A stretch of 64,000 bases of DNA from Octopus vulgaris (lineage: Eukaryota). Numbering within the stretch: the stretch's first letter is position 1; each line of letters starts with the position of its first letter. Both the position numbers and the translations under genes were made by a program. This document shows, in pieces, positions 40,730-55,178 of the stretch. Under the pieces are notes generated by a model that saw only the letters and a program-made list of their open reading frames with translations, was not told where the DNA came from and ran no database searches. The stretch spans positions 161,262,001 to 161,326,000 of the forward strand of contig OX597815.1 of NCBI GenBank assembly GCA_951406725.2. Direction: 5' to 3'.

Positions 40730-41634
40730 GTAAGTATGTTACGTTTTTCTTATAGGTGCAGGTGTGGCTGTGTGGTAAAAAGTTTGTTTCCCAACCTTTC
40801 AGTTCCAGGTTCAGTCCCACTGTGTGGCACCTTGGGCAAGTGTCTTCTGCTATATAGCCTCAGGTTGATCAAAGTCTTATGAATGAATTTGATAGACAGA
40901 AACTGAAAGAAGACTTGCATATACGTGCGTGTGTGTGTGTGTGTCTTTGTGTCTTTGTTTTTCCTTCACCACTGCTTGACAACCAGTGTTGGAGTGTTTA
41001 CATCCCCAGAAATCAGCAGTTCAGCAAAAGAGACTAATTGAATAAATACCAGGCTTAAAAAGAAAATAAGTATTGGGTCAAATCTTCTTACATATATTAC
41101 CATATATATTTCTTTATGATTCTGCTACTAAAATTCTATCACAAAATCCTTTGCCTCATTATTTTGCTAGTGAAAATATTTCTTCAGGTGAATTAAAAAA
41201 ATCAATTCACTGTCCATTGTTATGAAGTGAGTACCATATGGTGCAAGTAGGGAATGTCTACTTGAGTGAAACTATCTTTCTCCTAGCTAAACAGAGAGAG
41301 AGAGAGAGAGAGAGAGATAAATAATGATGCAAATAAACTGTTTGGCTTAGATATACAAAATATACATATGTGTATACATGTAAATATATTTTATATATCT
41401 AATATCCAAGTGGTTTTATTTGTTTATTTTCATCCATTATCTCTTTATCTGCTCACCTGAATTCCTCTTTATCTCACAGATTTAGTCCTCGGTAAAGATT
41501 TTGGAGTATAAGTTCAAATTATTTGAGTGTTACTAAGTGTTTTCTTTATTGAGCATCTCTAGATCTCATCTATTGATTATATATATATATACACACACAC
41601 ACACACATACAAACATATATATATATATGCTTTC

Positions 41635-41950
41635 AGTGCAAATGGTTTTTCTATACGGTGCCATATTTTACGATCCTGTAAATAATTATAATGGTATTTT
41701 TATACAAGCTTAAAGCTTATGCCAATCACCATGCAATGACTAAGGAAAATAGTCTATTAAAGGAGCATATAAGCCTCCATGGATAGGAGAGCCTTCTTTT
41801 TTCTGTTGAGAGCTTATATGCCCCTTTATTAGACTATTTTCCTTAATCATTGCATAACGATCACCATAAGCTTTAAGCTTACATAAAAATGCGATTATTA
41901 TTATTTACAGGATTGTAAAATACAGCACCAGATAAAAAAATCCATTCACA
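41635..41950. repeat. Fold-back palindrome with a third direct copy at 42098-42215
   Basis: aagcttaaagcttatg...taaggaaaatagtcta.taaagg.gcatataagc is mirrored by gcttatatgc.cctttattagactattttcctta...cataagctttaagctt. Confidence 0.88.
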
Positions 41951-42237
41951 CCAAAACCATATAGAAAGTTTGTTTACATAGAACAAACATGAACTATTAT
42001 AGTTCTTAAATTTGACAGAAAGAGGGAGGCTAATTTGCTGGTGTAAAGGTAACACACTTAGTTGTGTTAACAAAGAAATGTGGGTTCATGTTCCAAGTGG
42101 ATAGGAAAGCCTTCTTTTCCTGTCAAGGGCTTCTACACCTCTTTATTAGACTGTTTTCCTTAGTCATTGTATGGTGATAGCCATAAGCTTTAAGCTTATA
42201 TAAAAATACTATTATATATATATGTGTGTGTGTGTAT

Positions 42238-42836
42238 AGGCACAGGCGTGGCTGTGTGGTAAGTGGCTTGCTTCCCAACTACATGATTCTGGGTTCAGTC
42301 CGACTGTGTGGTATCTTGGACAAGTGTTTTCTACTTTAGCTTTGGGCCGGCCAAAGCCTTGTGAGTGGATTTGGTAGACAGAAACTAAAAGAAGCCCATC
42401 GTGTGTGTGTGTGCAAATATATATTATATAGTTAAAATTTACAGAAAATCAAGACAAAGACGGGTGTATAAACAACAAGCAGGTGTATTAGTTTGACACT
42501 CGAGAAGGTGAAAAAGTATTTTACATTTCGAGCCTACATGTATGTGTGTGTGTGTGTGTGTGCATGTTCCCACTTGCTTCCCAATCACATGGTTCTGGGT
42601 TCAGTCCCACCGCAAGCACCTTGGGCAAGTCTCTTCCACACTACCACTTGACAAACTGGTATTAGTGTGTTTACATCCCCATAACCTAGCAGTTCAGCAA
42701 AAGAAATCAATAGAATAAGTACTAGGCTTACAAAGACTAAGCCCTGGGATTGATTTCTTCAACTAAAACCCTTTAAGGCAATGCTCCAGCATGGCTACAG
42801 TCAAGTGACTGAAACAAATAAAAGAGTAAAAGAGAT
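42238..42836 (+). mobile_element. SINE family A with nested fragments
   Basis: Family A head and tail. The internal segment 42425-42540 is the reverse complement of a repeat at 35930-36055. Confidence 0.75.
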
Positions 42837-44845
42837 AAATAGATACGTTTTGTGTCACACTAAGCAGTGCATGGTACTAGAATTTTCGACTCAAGTTAAA
42901 TATACCAAACTTCTCTAAATCATTGTAAGAGTATCTGCATAAGTGGAGTCGGGGCTGATTTGTTTGTACTGGCATCGAGTCATATTAGTTGTAACAATGA
43001 ATTCAAACCAGATTGTGATATTTTGAACTCATTTAATACATGGAACATACAACAGAAAATACATCTATTATGTAAGACCTTTCAGATGCATTTCTTATAT
43101 ATTATACAGACCTGAAACACATATCAAATGATGTCAAAATATAACTATTTGGTTTAACTTCATTATTATAACTTAAGGCAGCAAGCTGGCAGAATTGTTA
43201 GCATGCTAGGTCAACTGTGCCTTTCATCTTTCAGGGTTGATAAGATAAGATCAAAATGTGATGGAATGCAGAAAGGTTATAATTAGCTCTATGCAGCAGT
43301 TATAATAATTATTTATCTTGACTGAGAGGAATAGTTTAGTAGGGGTGAGTAGGAGTAGTCCATCCATCGAAGTAAATATCCAAGTATTTATTTTATCAGC
43401 TTATAGAGTTAAAACACAAGTGACTAGAAGTGAGAAACTAGCTAGCATGACATAACTAAGTTGCTTTTTGAATATGCTTTTCATTATTACATTTTTTTAT
43501 AGTTTTATTTTTTCTGGAAGAAGTGGGGCTATACACATGGCTTTTGCAGGCAGTTCCAGACAAAAATCTGTAGAGTTTTGATCTTGATGCAGTTAATTAC
43601 TTCTGAGTTGTTGCTAAGACAGATGGGCAGAGACAGAATTTAATAGGGTCGAGTTCCGAGAAGAAGGAACTGGATATAGTAATTAATGTGAGAAGAGAGG
43701 CCCCATGATATAAGCAATGAGTGGAAAATAAAAAGACAAATGTATAGGGCTGCCTGAATGGAGGTAGCATGAGACTGTTCAGCTTTCAGGACCAAAGAAC
43801 ACTGTTTTATTAGTAAACAGTATAATAGGCACAGAGAGAGAGAGGAAAGTGTACGTCTGTGAGTCAGAGTTTAGAGTATGTTAATAAGCAATTTCATAAA
43901 AATCAGGTGAGTAGCACTTCTTTTTTATGACTTGATACTGTTGAACTTAGAAATTTTATTTAGCTGCATGAACTACTAATATAGCTACAAAACCTTTCCT
44001 TTAATGATGGAACTAGGATTCTAATCCTAAATTCTTGAAACAAAATACCTCATATAAAGACAAACCAACCGCATTTCAAATACTGATTACAAAATAAAGA
44101 GCAACTCACATCAAATAGATTTACTGTATTTGTAACTCCTAAATTTAAATCAGCTATCTCTACATTACAGATTTCTTTATTTTATACATTTCACCATTGG
44201 GAACAAAACCTTCATGGAAAATTTGAGCACAAGTGTAGAGCTAATGTATTAATCCTTTCGCATTCAGATTATTCTGTGAAATGTAATGTTTAATTATTCA
44301 CATTTTTTAAAATTAATTATACATTGTCTTGTAGCTTTAAGATTTCAGTGATGTGACTGTTTATTTTTAGAATGACATTGTAGAGTGGGTGTCAGAGGCT
44401 GGATCTGGCCAGTTTGAACATAAAACAGGTGGAAAATGTTGGCTGAATATGGCCAATTTAAATGCTAAAGGGTTAATTAATTGTTTACTGCAATTCTGAT
44501 GATTCATAGAAGTATGAAATTCCGATCTTAGAATATTGATTCAATTTACTTAATTCTGACAGAAAAATTAAACCTCATTTCTATATACAGCAATAACAAT
44601 ATTTAACTACTACTACTATCGCTTATGGAACAACTGCTGTAATTACTACTGACATCACTACAGACAATTATTTGTAATATAATACTAAAGGTTTCAATAA
44701 TTCAACACACACACACACACACACATGTATATATGTGTGTAAGTGTGTATGTGTGCAGAGAGAGAGAGAGAGACATTGCATATACATGCACACATACACA
44801 TTTGCATGCCTGTAACCATGATAACTATGTGCACAAAGGCATTAT

Positions 44846-46108
44846 TTAGATTGTATGATGCCTGTGTGCATACAGCTATGCTATATGGCAGTGAATCATG
44901 AGCTGTGACAGCTGAGAACATGTGTAGGCTTGAAAGAAATGAAGCCAGTATGCTTTGCTGGATGTGGAATGTAAAGTGCATGATCAACAGGGTGTAAGCA
45001 TCTTGAAAGAAAAATTAGCCATAAGAGGCATCAGATGTGGTGTGCAAGAGATGATTATACTGTTATGGTCATGTCATGCATATGGACGAGGACAGCTGTG
45101 TAATGAAGTGTTGCTCTCTAAATGTGGAGGGAACCTGTGGTAGAGGTAGACCCAGAAACACATGGAATGAGGTGATGAAGCATGGTCTTCAAACTTTCAG
45201 CCTCACAGAGGCAATGACCAGTGACTGAGACCTTTGGCGTTATGCTGTGTTTGAGAGGACCTCTCAAACCAAGTGAAATTGTAGTCTCATCTGATGCTGG
45301 TTTCATGTAACTAGCACCAATGCTAGTGACATGTAAAGAGCATCTTTCAAGTGTGGGGCACAGAGACAAAGTGGCTGAGTCCCTTTTGAACTTTGGGCTA
45401 CATGGAAGCAAAGTGGCTGAGATCTTTCTGAGAGTTGAACCTCACGGAGGCGAGCTTCTTTCGGGCATTGGGTCTCATGGAGGCAAAGTGTTTGAGTTCC
45501 TTTCGAGCTTTGGGCTTCACAAATGTAATGACTGAAACCTTTGGCATTACATTGTGCTTGAGAAGACCCATCAAGCCAAGCAAAATCGCAGTTGTAGCAG
45601 ATGCCGGTGTCACACAAATACATGTATGTATGTCGAAGACCTGTTGGGGCAAGTGAAATCGGAATCGAAATTGAACCAATCCTATGACTGGCACCTGGCA
45701 GATGCCAGGACCCCTGGACTGGAGATACGTAAAAAGCACTATCCGAATCATGGCTGATGCCAGCGCGGCCTCGACTGGCTTCCGTGTCAGTGGCATGTAA
45801 AAAGCACCATCTGAATTGTGGCCGAAGCCAGTGCCGCCTCGACTGGCTTCCATGCAGGTGGCATGTAAAATGCACCAATCCGACCGTGGCCGATGCCAGC
45901 CTCGCCTGGCACCAGTGCAGGTGGCACGTAAAAAGCACCCACTACACTCACGGAGTGGTTGGCGTTAGGAAGGGCATCCAGCTGTAGAAACATTGCCAGA
46001 TAAGCCCGGAGCCTGGTGCAGCCTTCTGGCTTCCTAGATCCCCGGTCGAACCGTCCAACCCATGCTAGCATGGAGAACGGACGTTAAACGATGATGATGA
46101 TGATGATG
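44846..46108 (+). mobile_element. 5'-truncated RTE-clade LINE: decayed ORF C-terminus, repetitive 3' UTR, (GAT)n tail
   Basis: RLYDACVHTAMLYGSES*AVTAENMCRLERNEASMLCWM...YGHVMHMDEDSCVMKC...VEGTCGRGRPRNTWNEVM...DLWRYAV, followed by ggca.gtaaaa.gcacc repeats and ggacgttaaacgatgatgatg. Confidence 0.88.
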
Positions 46109-46376
46109 ATATATATGTGTGTGTGCGTGTGTGTGTGTATATGTATGTATATGGTGGATTCTCTCATCAAAGACGATGAATGAGGGTTATATATGTATAT
46201 ATATATATATGTACATATGTTTGGGTATATATATATATATATATAATGTGTTTTTGTTTGTATATGTATATATGTATATGTGTGCATTTGTTTGTATATA
46301 TATACATGTGTGTGTGTGTTTGTAGGTATATATATATATATATATGTATGCATCTGTGTGTATCTATATATGTATG

Positions 46377-47053
46377 TATAAATAAATATAAGAACGATAT
46401 TATTTCTAAAAGTTATATTGTTAATGGCAGCAAGCATACAGCCATATAGGCAAATTAATGAATTATACATAAAATATATAAATAAGTATATTCATATGTA
46501 CAAGTGTACTACATAAGCACCTGCTTTGCTAAAATTGGAAGCCAAAATACTTCTAAACCACAGAAGAATCACAAAATTAAGACAGGTATGATAGGAACAA
46601 ATGTTTAGTGAACAAGAATAGTGTTCTACCTCCGCCAAGGTTGCAAAAGTAATGCTTGCTAATTTGATATCATGATTTTGAATTTAGCATCAAAGGTGCC
46701 TGAATCTCCCTCATCAAATCTGCCAGGGATGGCTACTAGGATTCACCACTACCATGCCTGTAGATTCATTTGAGTGGTCAACCGTCATTGAAACAAATGA
46801 ATTGCGTAAAATTATTTATAAATAAATATAAGAACAATATTATTTCTAAAAATAATGTTGTTGGTAGCTACAAGCATACAGGCGTATAGGCAAATTAATT
46901 AATTTATGTATAAGATATATAAATAAATATATTTATATATACTAGGGTACTACATAAGCACCTGCTTCACTAAAAATAGAAGTCAAAATACTTCAAAACC
47001 ACCGAAGAATCACAAGATTAATATAGGTATGATAGGAGAAAAATTTTAGTGAA
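46377..47053. repeat. Direct repeat pair of about 235 bp (46377-46612 and 46817-47053)
   Basis: tataaataaatataagaac.atattatttctaaaa...gtactacataagcacctgctt...aggtatgatagga...tttagtgaa occurs twice. Confidence 0.85.
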
Positions 47054-47220
47054 ATTGTATGTGTGTGTGTGTGTGTGTATTTATATATATATATGTATGT
47101 ATGTATGTATGTATTTATTTATGTATGTATGTATATATATATATGTATATATATGTATATATATGTATATATATATATGTATATATATATATATGTATAT
47201 ATATGTATGTATATATATGT

Positions 47221-47400
47221 ATGCTCAGAGTTGCTGAAGCATGGAATAAACTGCCTGCGTCAGTTGTTGACTGCCATGACACTGCATCTTTTAAGGCCCT
47301 CATGCTTTCCGAAATCCGCCGAAACTACACCTGATTATATATACACTTTAGATGAGTTGTAGTGCACCTGAGCACTGTACACAATTATTATTATTATTAT
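47221..47400 (+). mobile_element. CR1-clade LINE 3' end with (ATT)n tail
   Basis: [27 protein letters not shown] matches the CR1 RV...WN.LP..VV......FK..L terminus. Confidence 0.8.
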
Positions 47401-47404
47401 TATT

Positions 47405-47420
47405 TATTATTATATGTATG

Positions 47421-47453
<33 letters not shown>

Positions 47454-47454
47454 G

Positions 47455-47491
<37 letters not shown>

Positions 47492-47619
47492 GTATATATA
47501 TATGTATATATATATATAACGGACGTTAAACGATGATGATGATGATGTATGTATATATATGTATATATATGTATGTATATATATGTATATATATGTATGT
47601 ATATATATGTATATATATG

Positions 47620-47652
<33 letters not shown>

Positions 47653-47667
47653 GTATATATATGTATG

Positions 47668-47699
<32 letters not shown>

Positions 47700-47854
47700 T
47701 ATATATATGTATATATATGTACGTATATATATGTATATATATGTATGTATATATATATGTATACATATATAATATATATATATGTACATATATATACGTA
47801 TGTGTGTGTGTACGTATATATATATATAAGTATATATATGTATGTATGTACATA

Positions 47855-47905
<51 letters not shown>
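47405..47905. repeat. Long complex (TA)/(TATG) microsatellite
   Basis: Directly visible. Similar tracts at 10678-10846, 14415-14530, 17053-17133, 17431-17725 and 58502-58682. Confidence 0.95.
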
Positions 47906-47906
<1 letters not shown>

Positions 47907-50900
47907 GGATGTATGAGATCTGATGGATTTACCATTTGTGTAATGTAAACTGTGACAGAAACAGATGTTCTTGTACTCCTCAGCTGTAACTAATATTTCA
48001 AACACTTGTTGTTGGAAATATGTACTATTTTTTTCAGATCTTTAAATCAATAATCTTCAATTAAGACAGAACTTCTCTAACTCCACCAATTTAAAATAAT
48101 GTTATTATAGATAAGCATTAGCCACATGCCATCTGGAGCAGTTTTATGTTACACGAATATATGTTTCTGAGCATGTTTGCGTCAAAAACAATCTTGGATT
48201 TGTAAAAGTATGGTAGGAAATAAGATTATAATTTTGACTATTAACCAAGATAAAATGTTTTTAATATCTGTATCTGCACTATGGTGGCTTGCTGGTAGAA
48301 TTGTTAGCATGCTGGGCAAAATGCCTACAGGTATTTTGTCTGTCTTTACATTCTGTGTTCAAATTCATTTGAAGTCAACTTTGCTTTTCATCTTTACGGG
48401 TTGATAAAATAAGTACCAGTTGAGCACCTGAGGTCGATGTAATTGACTTATTCCATTCCCTGGAATAGCTGGCCTTGTGCTAGAATTTGAAACCAATTTC
48501 TACATTCACATTGGTCACAAGTATTGGTGTGGTCTTAAAAAATTTGCTCCCCAACCATTTGACCAAGTGTCTTCTGCTAAAGCCCCAGGTCAACCAATGC
48601 CTTGTGAGTAAATTTGGCAGATGGGAATTGTGTAGATGCCTGTTATATATATATATATATATATGACAGACTCCTCCTGTTGAAGACGGTGTGTGAGTGT
48701 TCAGCTTTTGCCAATCGACCTGCACAAATAATTTGTTTATAGTGATCAAATGTTTATGCTGCACATTATCTCACTCACTCCATCAAATTGATGCTGCCAA
48801 AACAGGTGCACAGAATGCCATGCATCAGGTGTTGAAGTGATTACAGAGCAACATGGGATGAAGGGTTTTGCTTAAGAAGAAAATTTAGCTCCCGGAATTG
48901 AAATGATGATCACCAGATTGTGAGTGCAACACCCTAACCACTGAACCATGCACCCTCATATATATATATATGTGTGTGTTTGTGTATATATATATATATA
49001 TAGAGAGAGATTATGAGAGGTAATGGTGTCATTGAGACCCAAATATGTCAGGTAATGCTGAATAAGTGCTATAGATAGACCATAGTTAAATTCCAGATTC
49101 AGTGATTATGTGAATAAGGGGTTCAACGTTGGTCATATGTCAGCGTGTGTATATAAAAAAATCTTTCTTTTTGTAATGAGATTAAAAACTGTCTCCAACG
49201 AAGGGATATAATAAATATCCTGGAAACAGCTACAAGACCTATCTATAAATGTTCTAAAATCTACACAGCTTTGTTTTTCTTTTTCTCATTACAAAAAAGA
49301 AAAAAAAATTATATATATATATATATATATATAAATCATCATCATCATCATCATCATCAGTTAGTGTGTCTTCCATGTTGGTATATGTTAGATAGTTTGA
49401 CTAGTGCAGATAAGCCAGAGAGTTGCACCAGGCTCCAGTCTGTTTTGGTTGGTTTCAATGGCTGGATGCCCTTCCTGATGCTAATCACTCCACTGAGTGT
49501 ATTGGGTGTCTTTTATATATCACCAGCATGGGCGCCTTTCACATGCCACTGGCACTGGTTACAACAACGATTTCACTGGGCTTGATGTGCCTTCTCAAGC
49601 ACAGCAAACTGCCAAAGGTCTTGGTCAATTGTCATCAACATCCAAAGATCATATTTCACCACATGCCACGTCTTTCTGGGTTTGCCTCTCCACAAGTTCC
49701 CTCCACAGTTATACACACACACATACACACGCACCATCATCATCATCATCATCATCATACTTCGTTTTCCATGCTGGCATGGGTTGGATGGTTTGACTGA
49801 AAACTGGTAAGCTGGAGAGCTGCACAAGGTTCCAATCTGATTTGGCATGGTTTCTACGGCTAGATGCCCTTCCTAATGCCAAACACTCCAAGAGTGTAGT
49901 GAGTGCATTTTACATGGTAGTCTGATGGTCTTGGTATCAGCCACAACTACGATTTTACTTGGCTTGGCAGGTCTTCTCAAGCACAGCATATCGCCAAATA
50001 TTTGAAGGGTGCTTTTTACGTGCCAGTTACATTTCACTTGGCTTGGCAGTATGTATACACACACACACACACATGTATGTATATAAAATATAAAATGAGA
50101 CAAGAACGCAAAAAATCTGGACAGTTAGGTGATAAAAAAATGGGACAACAAAACATCCAGATAGATGATACAAAGAAAACAAGGACAGGTCATTTGAAGT
50201 TTTCTTTCCTCAGTCAAGTACCAGATTATCATCACAATCTCGGCTGATTATACTCGAGATTGCTCCAATCTGGCTAGCTCCAAGGAAAAAACTGAGCTTA
50301 GAGCATTAGATTCCTTGGAAGAAAGCAGTGAATGTATACAAAAACAAGGATGGAAAAAAAATGGACAATGTTACACAAATACAATGAATATAATAACAGG
50401 ACATAACAGCAGGTGTCTTTCAACTAAGAACGAATTAAATTAGGGATACAAGATTTCACAAACACAGGGAGGAATGGACAAATGAAGGCTACTCAACACA
50501 CGTAGTACAAATTACATGTATTATTTAAGACAGTTTGATTTGCCTCCATCTAGTTTAAAGTTTCATAGGGTTGTCACAGGAACCTAGCTCATTGAGCTAG
50601 TGTGTGTGATATTTCTGTTTGTCCCTCATCACTGCTTGACAACCAGTGTTGGTTTATTTACATTCCTCTAACTTATTGGTTCGGTAAAAGAGACTGATAG
50701 AATAAGTGCCATTAATGTGGTGCCCCAGCATGGCCACAATCCAATGACTAACAAATAAAAGGAAACGTAAAAGAAGTAAATGAAGAATATCATCAGCTAA
50801 TACTCTCACTATGCATTCTTTGCTACCTTTGCAACACATTAAGATAAGCTAACACCTGTCAGCTAATGAATGTGTAATCAGTCAACTTGAAGCAGAGTGC

Positions 50901-51297
50901 ATTCACTGCATTGTCATTCAATACAAACACAACATAAATTACTTGCTGTTTGGTAAGACAGCAAAACTTCAGTTTAATTAAGCTTTAAACATGTTCAAAA
51001 GGGCCATCATTCCAATTTTAGTAGCAATGAGGCATGTCTGTTTGAATCGAGTGACTTTGAGGTGTCTTTGAATTGCATTGTTTGTATAAAGAACATGTAT
51101 TGAAACAATGTGTACAAAATGGATTGTGTGCAATAAACCTCTGTAACAAAAGTCTCCATTAGTTTAAATGAAGCTATGTTCAAAATTATCTTTTTGAACC
51201 AATGGAAACGTTTCCACCTGCTACAATCAGAACACATTCAACTAAATTCTAAGCAAAGCAAAAACAGATTTCTGGTTCCTTCTAAATTTCTTTTAAC

Positions 51298-51729
51298 AGG
51301 TGCAGGCATGACTGTGTGGTAAAAAGCTTGCTTTCCATCCACATGGTTCTGGGTTCAGTCTCACTGCATGGCACCCTGAGCAAGTGGTGTCCTCTACTCA
51401 GCTTCAGGCTGACCAAAGCCTCATGAGTGGATTGGTAGACAGAACTGAAAGAAGCTCATCGTAATGTGTGTGTGTGTGGTGTGTGTGTGTAGATAGATAT
51501 ATGCCAGTGTGTATTTTTGTTTGTGTTTGCCCACCACCACTTGGCAACTGGTGTTGATATGTTTATGTCCCTTTAACTTAGCAGTTCAGCAAAAGACACC
51601 GATAGAGTAAATATCAGACTTTAAAAAAATATAAGCACTGGGGTTAATTCATTCCACTAAAAATTCTCCAAGGCAGTGCCCCAGTATGGCCACAGTCTAA
51701 TGACAGAAACAAGTAAAAGAAAAGAAAAC
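51298..51729 (+). mobile_element. SINE family A, older copy
   Basis: Diverged match to 6623-7033. Similar copies at 37750-38122, 40754-41080 and 57985-58252. Confidence 0.75.
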
Positions 51730-53222
51730 AACACTATTGCTTTGAGGTATGGATGCAGCTATGCGCATTAAGAAGCTTGCTTCCCAACTACATGGTTCCA
51801 GGTTCAGACCCACCGTGTGGCACCTTATGCAAGTGTCTTTTTCAATTGTCCCAGACTAACCAAAGGCTTATGAGTAAAAGGAAACTAAAAGAAGCCCATA
51901 GTAAACACTTAAAGATTTATATACATTCAATTATTGAAATGGAAAAAAATGTTAAGAAAAGCCATTCCTATTTATTTTGTCAAATACATGTGTGTGTGTG
52001 TGTGTGTGTGAGTGTTTATTTTGTGTTTTCTTGTCTTGACATTGCATGATAGTTGTAAATGACTCATTATTTCTAATATTCCATGGAAAAATGTCATATT
52101 AGCTCTCTTGAAAAAAGGTAAGGGTTAGGGACAGGAAGAGCATCCAACTGTCTCAATAGATTCTGTCCGACCCATGCAAGCAAGAAACATGGATTGTTAA
52201 AACAATGCTGATGACTTTCCTTTCCCGATGACAACTTTCCCTAGAAATTATCAAGGAAGTGGATACAATTTCGCTTTAGTGTGAATTTGTGAGATGAATA
52301 TTATCCTTTTTATACATTGCTGTACTGAGAGTAGTGTCCTCATCTTGGTTGTGACCTTTGGTTTTTCTGGTTGTGTCCTCTGTTCATTTTCAGGTAAAGA
52401 AAGAATTAAGGGCTATGATCATAGAAATGTTAGGTTTAAACATCACAATTTCCATTACTTCATTATCCTGGAGGACAATGGGATGAGGAATATGAGTGAT
52501 GAATAAATTCTCAGATGGCAAAGAGCCGAATTGAAAGCTGATAAGCATCCTGCCGAATGCGTTAAGAATTGTCAGCTCACTGCCTTAATAAAATGTTGTA
52601 GTTTACCTGGTGGATGTCAATTTGATCCCTGTGTCAGTCAGTTCATATATTCACTGGTTCAAGAAGATGTCACTGCAAATAGGAGAATAAGTAGTGTTAC
52701 AAATTCCTAATGCAGCAAGCTGGCAAATTGCTTAGCGTCATTTCATCCATCTCCACATTCTGAGTTCAAATTCAGCCAAAGTCGACTTTGCCTTTCATCC
52801 TTTCAGTGTCAATAAAATAAGTATCAGTTGAGCACTGGGGTCAATGTAATTGACTTACCACCACCCTTGAAACTACTGGCCTTGTACCAAAATTTGAAAT
52901 CAGTATTACAAATCCCTGGTATGATCAATGAAATAAGAATAATCTACTGCTGTGGATTTAATACAGAATTCAGTTCTGAAACATTGTAACTATAACAACC
53001 TAAATGAGGACACTTGTTCAAATATACCAATAATAACAATTGTTATGTAAACATTTTAAATAGAATTTACGAGATAAGAGATTATTGGATATCCAATGAC
53101 ATTATCAAATGTACAAGTTTGTATTAAAACTCTCTATTTCTGCTAACGTTCATGAAATACCTTTGTAAAACCATAAAAGGAACATCATTGTAAATATTTT
53201 CTGTTTTCTTTTTATTTTACAG

Positions 53223-53368
53223 AACAATCTAGTCCGTAAATTGAAACACTATTGGTATACCTCATGGCCAGCACAAGGGTTTCCAGAACCTATCTCATTT
53301 TTAAAATTTATCCTTGATGTCAGACTTAACAACGAGAACAAATTAGCCCCTCTAGTTGTACACTGCAG
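53223..53368 (+). CDS. Exon B of the PTP-domain gene (WPD-loop region and VHC)
   Basis: ttttattttacag| acceptor; |gtgagc donor; 146 nt. Translates NNLVRKLKHYWYTSWPAQGFPEPISFLKFILDVRLNNENKLAPLVVHC plus AG. The intron splits the Ser after HC in phase 2, a common intron position in classical PTP genes. Confidence 0.93.
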
Positions 53369-55178
53369 GTGAGCATCAACTTGTCAAATTCAATAACAGA
53401 ATCAGGAACAAAAAAAAAAAATGAATAAAAATAAATAAATAAAAATCGTTTTCTGTAGAAATCGAATGGGTGCCAAAAATTTCAAAAGAAATGTTGGTTT
53501 TCAATAAACAGCTCAAATTCTAGCCAGTTCCTGTATTTTCCACAACGATAAATGTATAATCATAAAAGAAAAGAAAGGTGAGAATTTCATCAATTAGAGA
53601 AAATTAATGATTCCCAGATCACTTTCGAAACTAGCACAGAAGTTGTTGAAAGTTGTTTTGAGTCGTTTTATTATTTATAGAATAGACTGTATTTAACCCT
53701 TCAGCATCCAGATTACATTGTCGAAAGTAACATTTATTTATTCACATTGTGTTGAATTAATCATGCATTATCTCATAGCTTTGGGATTTCAATGATGTGA
53801 TTGTCTATTTTTAGAATGACATTGTAGGATAGGTGTGAGAGGCCAAATCTAGCCAGTTTGAACAGGTAGAATATTTGAGCAAGATATGGCTAGTTTAACC
53901 CTTTAGTTCTCACATTAATCTGTTAAATATAATGCTTTTTTATTCAAATTGTTTTGAATTAATCATGCTTTATCTTGTAGCTTGGAGGTTTTGATGATGT
54001 GATTGTTTGTATTTAGAATGTTAGTATAGGTTAGGTATGAGAGGCCATTTGAATGTAAAACATGTAGAATATTTGGGCTGGATATGGCCAATTTATGTAC
54101 TAAAGGGTTGACCCAGAAATAGATTCAACAAGCATGGGGTGGGGGCCAGAACACTTATAAACTATCATTATTTTGCTTTTTCAAAATGCTTGGAAATTCT
54201 TGAGTAGTTTGGTATTCTGCCAAGTTTGGTTTAAAGTTAGATTCATCCTCACACAAAAGAATTGAATCACAGGTTATATAGGAAAGGATTCTGTTAACTT
54301 ATTGCTTAAATATAAATGGTAAATATGATGATGGTGTGAAGAGAATTTTCTTGGTGTTGCTTACACAGAAATTATCTTGTAAGCCAAGATTCAAATAAAT
54401 AATGAAAGTGAAAAGTACTTTGTATTGTGTAATAAAATTGAATTCAGTTGATCAAACATGTCTTGATAATGAAGAGTTTCCACTTAGGATAATGCATTAG
54501 ATAAACTAGAAATCATGACTCCTTAGGTATGAATACATGTTTAAAAGAAAAAAGAAAGAGACTAAACTATCAAGGAGAGCAAGAGAGAGAGATAGTTGTG
54601 TCACTACTATCAATAAGAATGTCAGTCACAGAGAAAGGAAATGGAAGGATGAACTGACAGTTTCAATAAAAACACTGTGGTGACAAATTACAATACATAT
54701 AAGAAAGCAATTTTCTTACAGGAAAGTGTTATCTTAATTGTTATGTCTGTAATGGATATGCACTAGAGAATGAGGCGTCATGAAAATGGTAGAGAATGTC
54801 ATAGCAAAGTCCAGTACAAAACAAGTTTAGGATTAAAGAAATGTAGTTTGACTTGTTAGAGTTTAACCCTAGCTTAGCCCTGATCCAACAGACGTGTGGT
54901 CAGTGACCTTCCAGCCATGACGTTCCTGTGTTTGTTTTTTGGTTCATGTATATTTGGGACATTATCCAGTGTATCTTCCCATTTTAAAACAACAGGATAC
55001 AAGTTAAGGGATATCTGGTTTCCACTTCTAGCAGGAAGAGCAACAAAGTAAAGGCTATCTTGTTCACCTTACCAGCCGGTTTCATGCTAGGGGTACAACA
55101 GAATGTTAGGGAACAATCTGGTTATATAAACCTACACTTGTTAGAAGTAGCCAATATTGGCTACTTCTGACAAGCATA

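Noticed and set aside
45303-45938. 211-aa minus-strand ORF
   Set aside because: It is antisense to the repetitive RTE 3' UTR.
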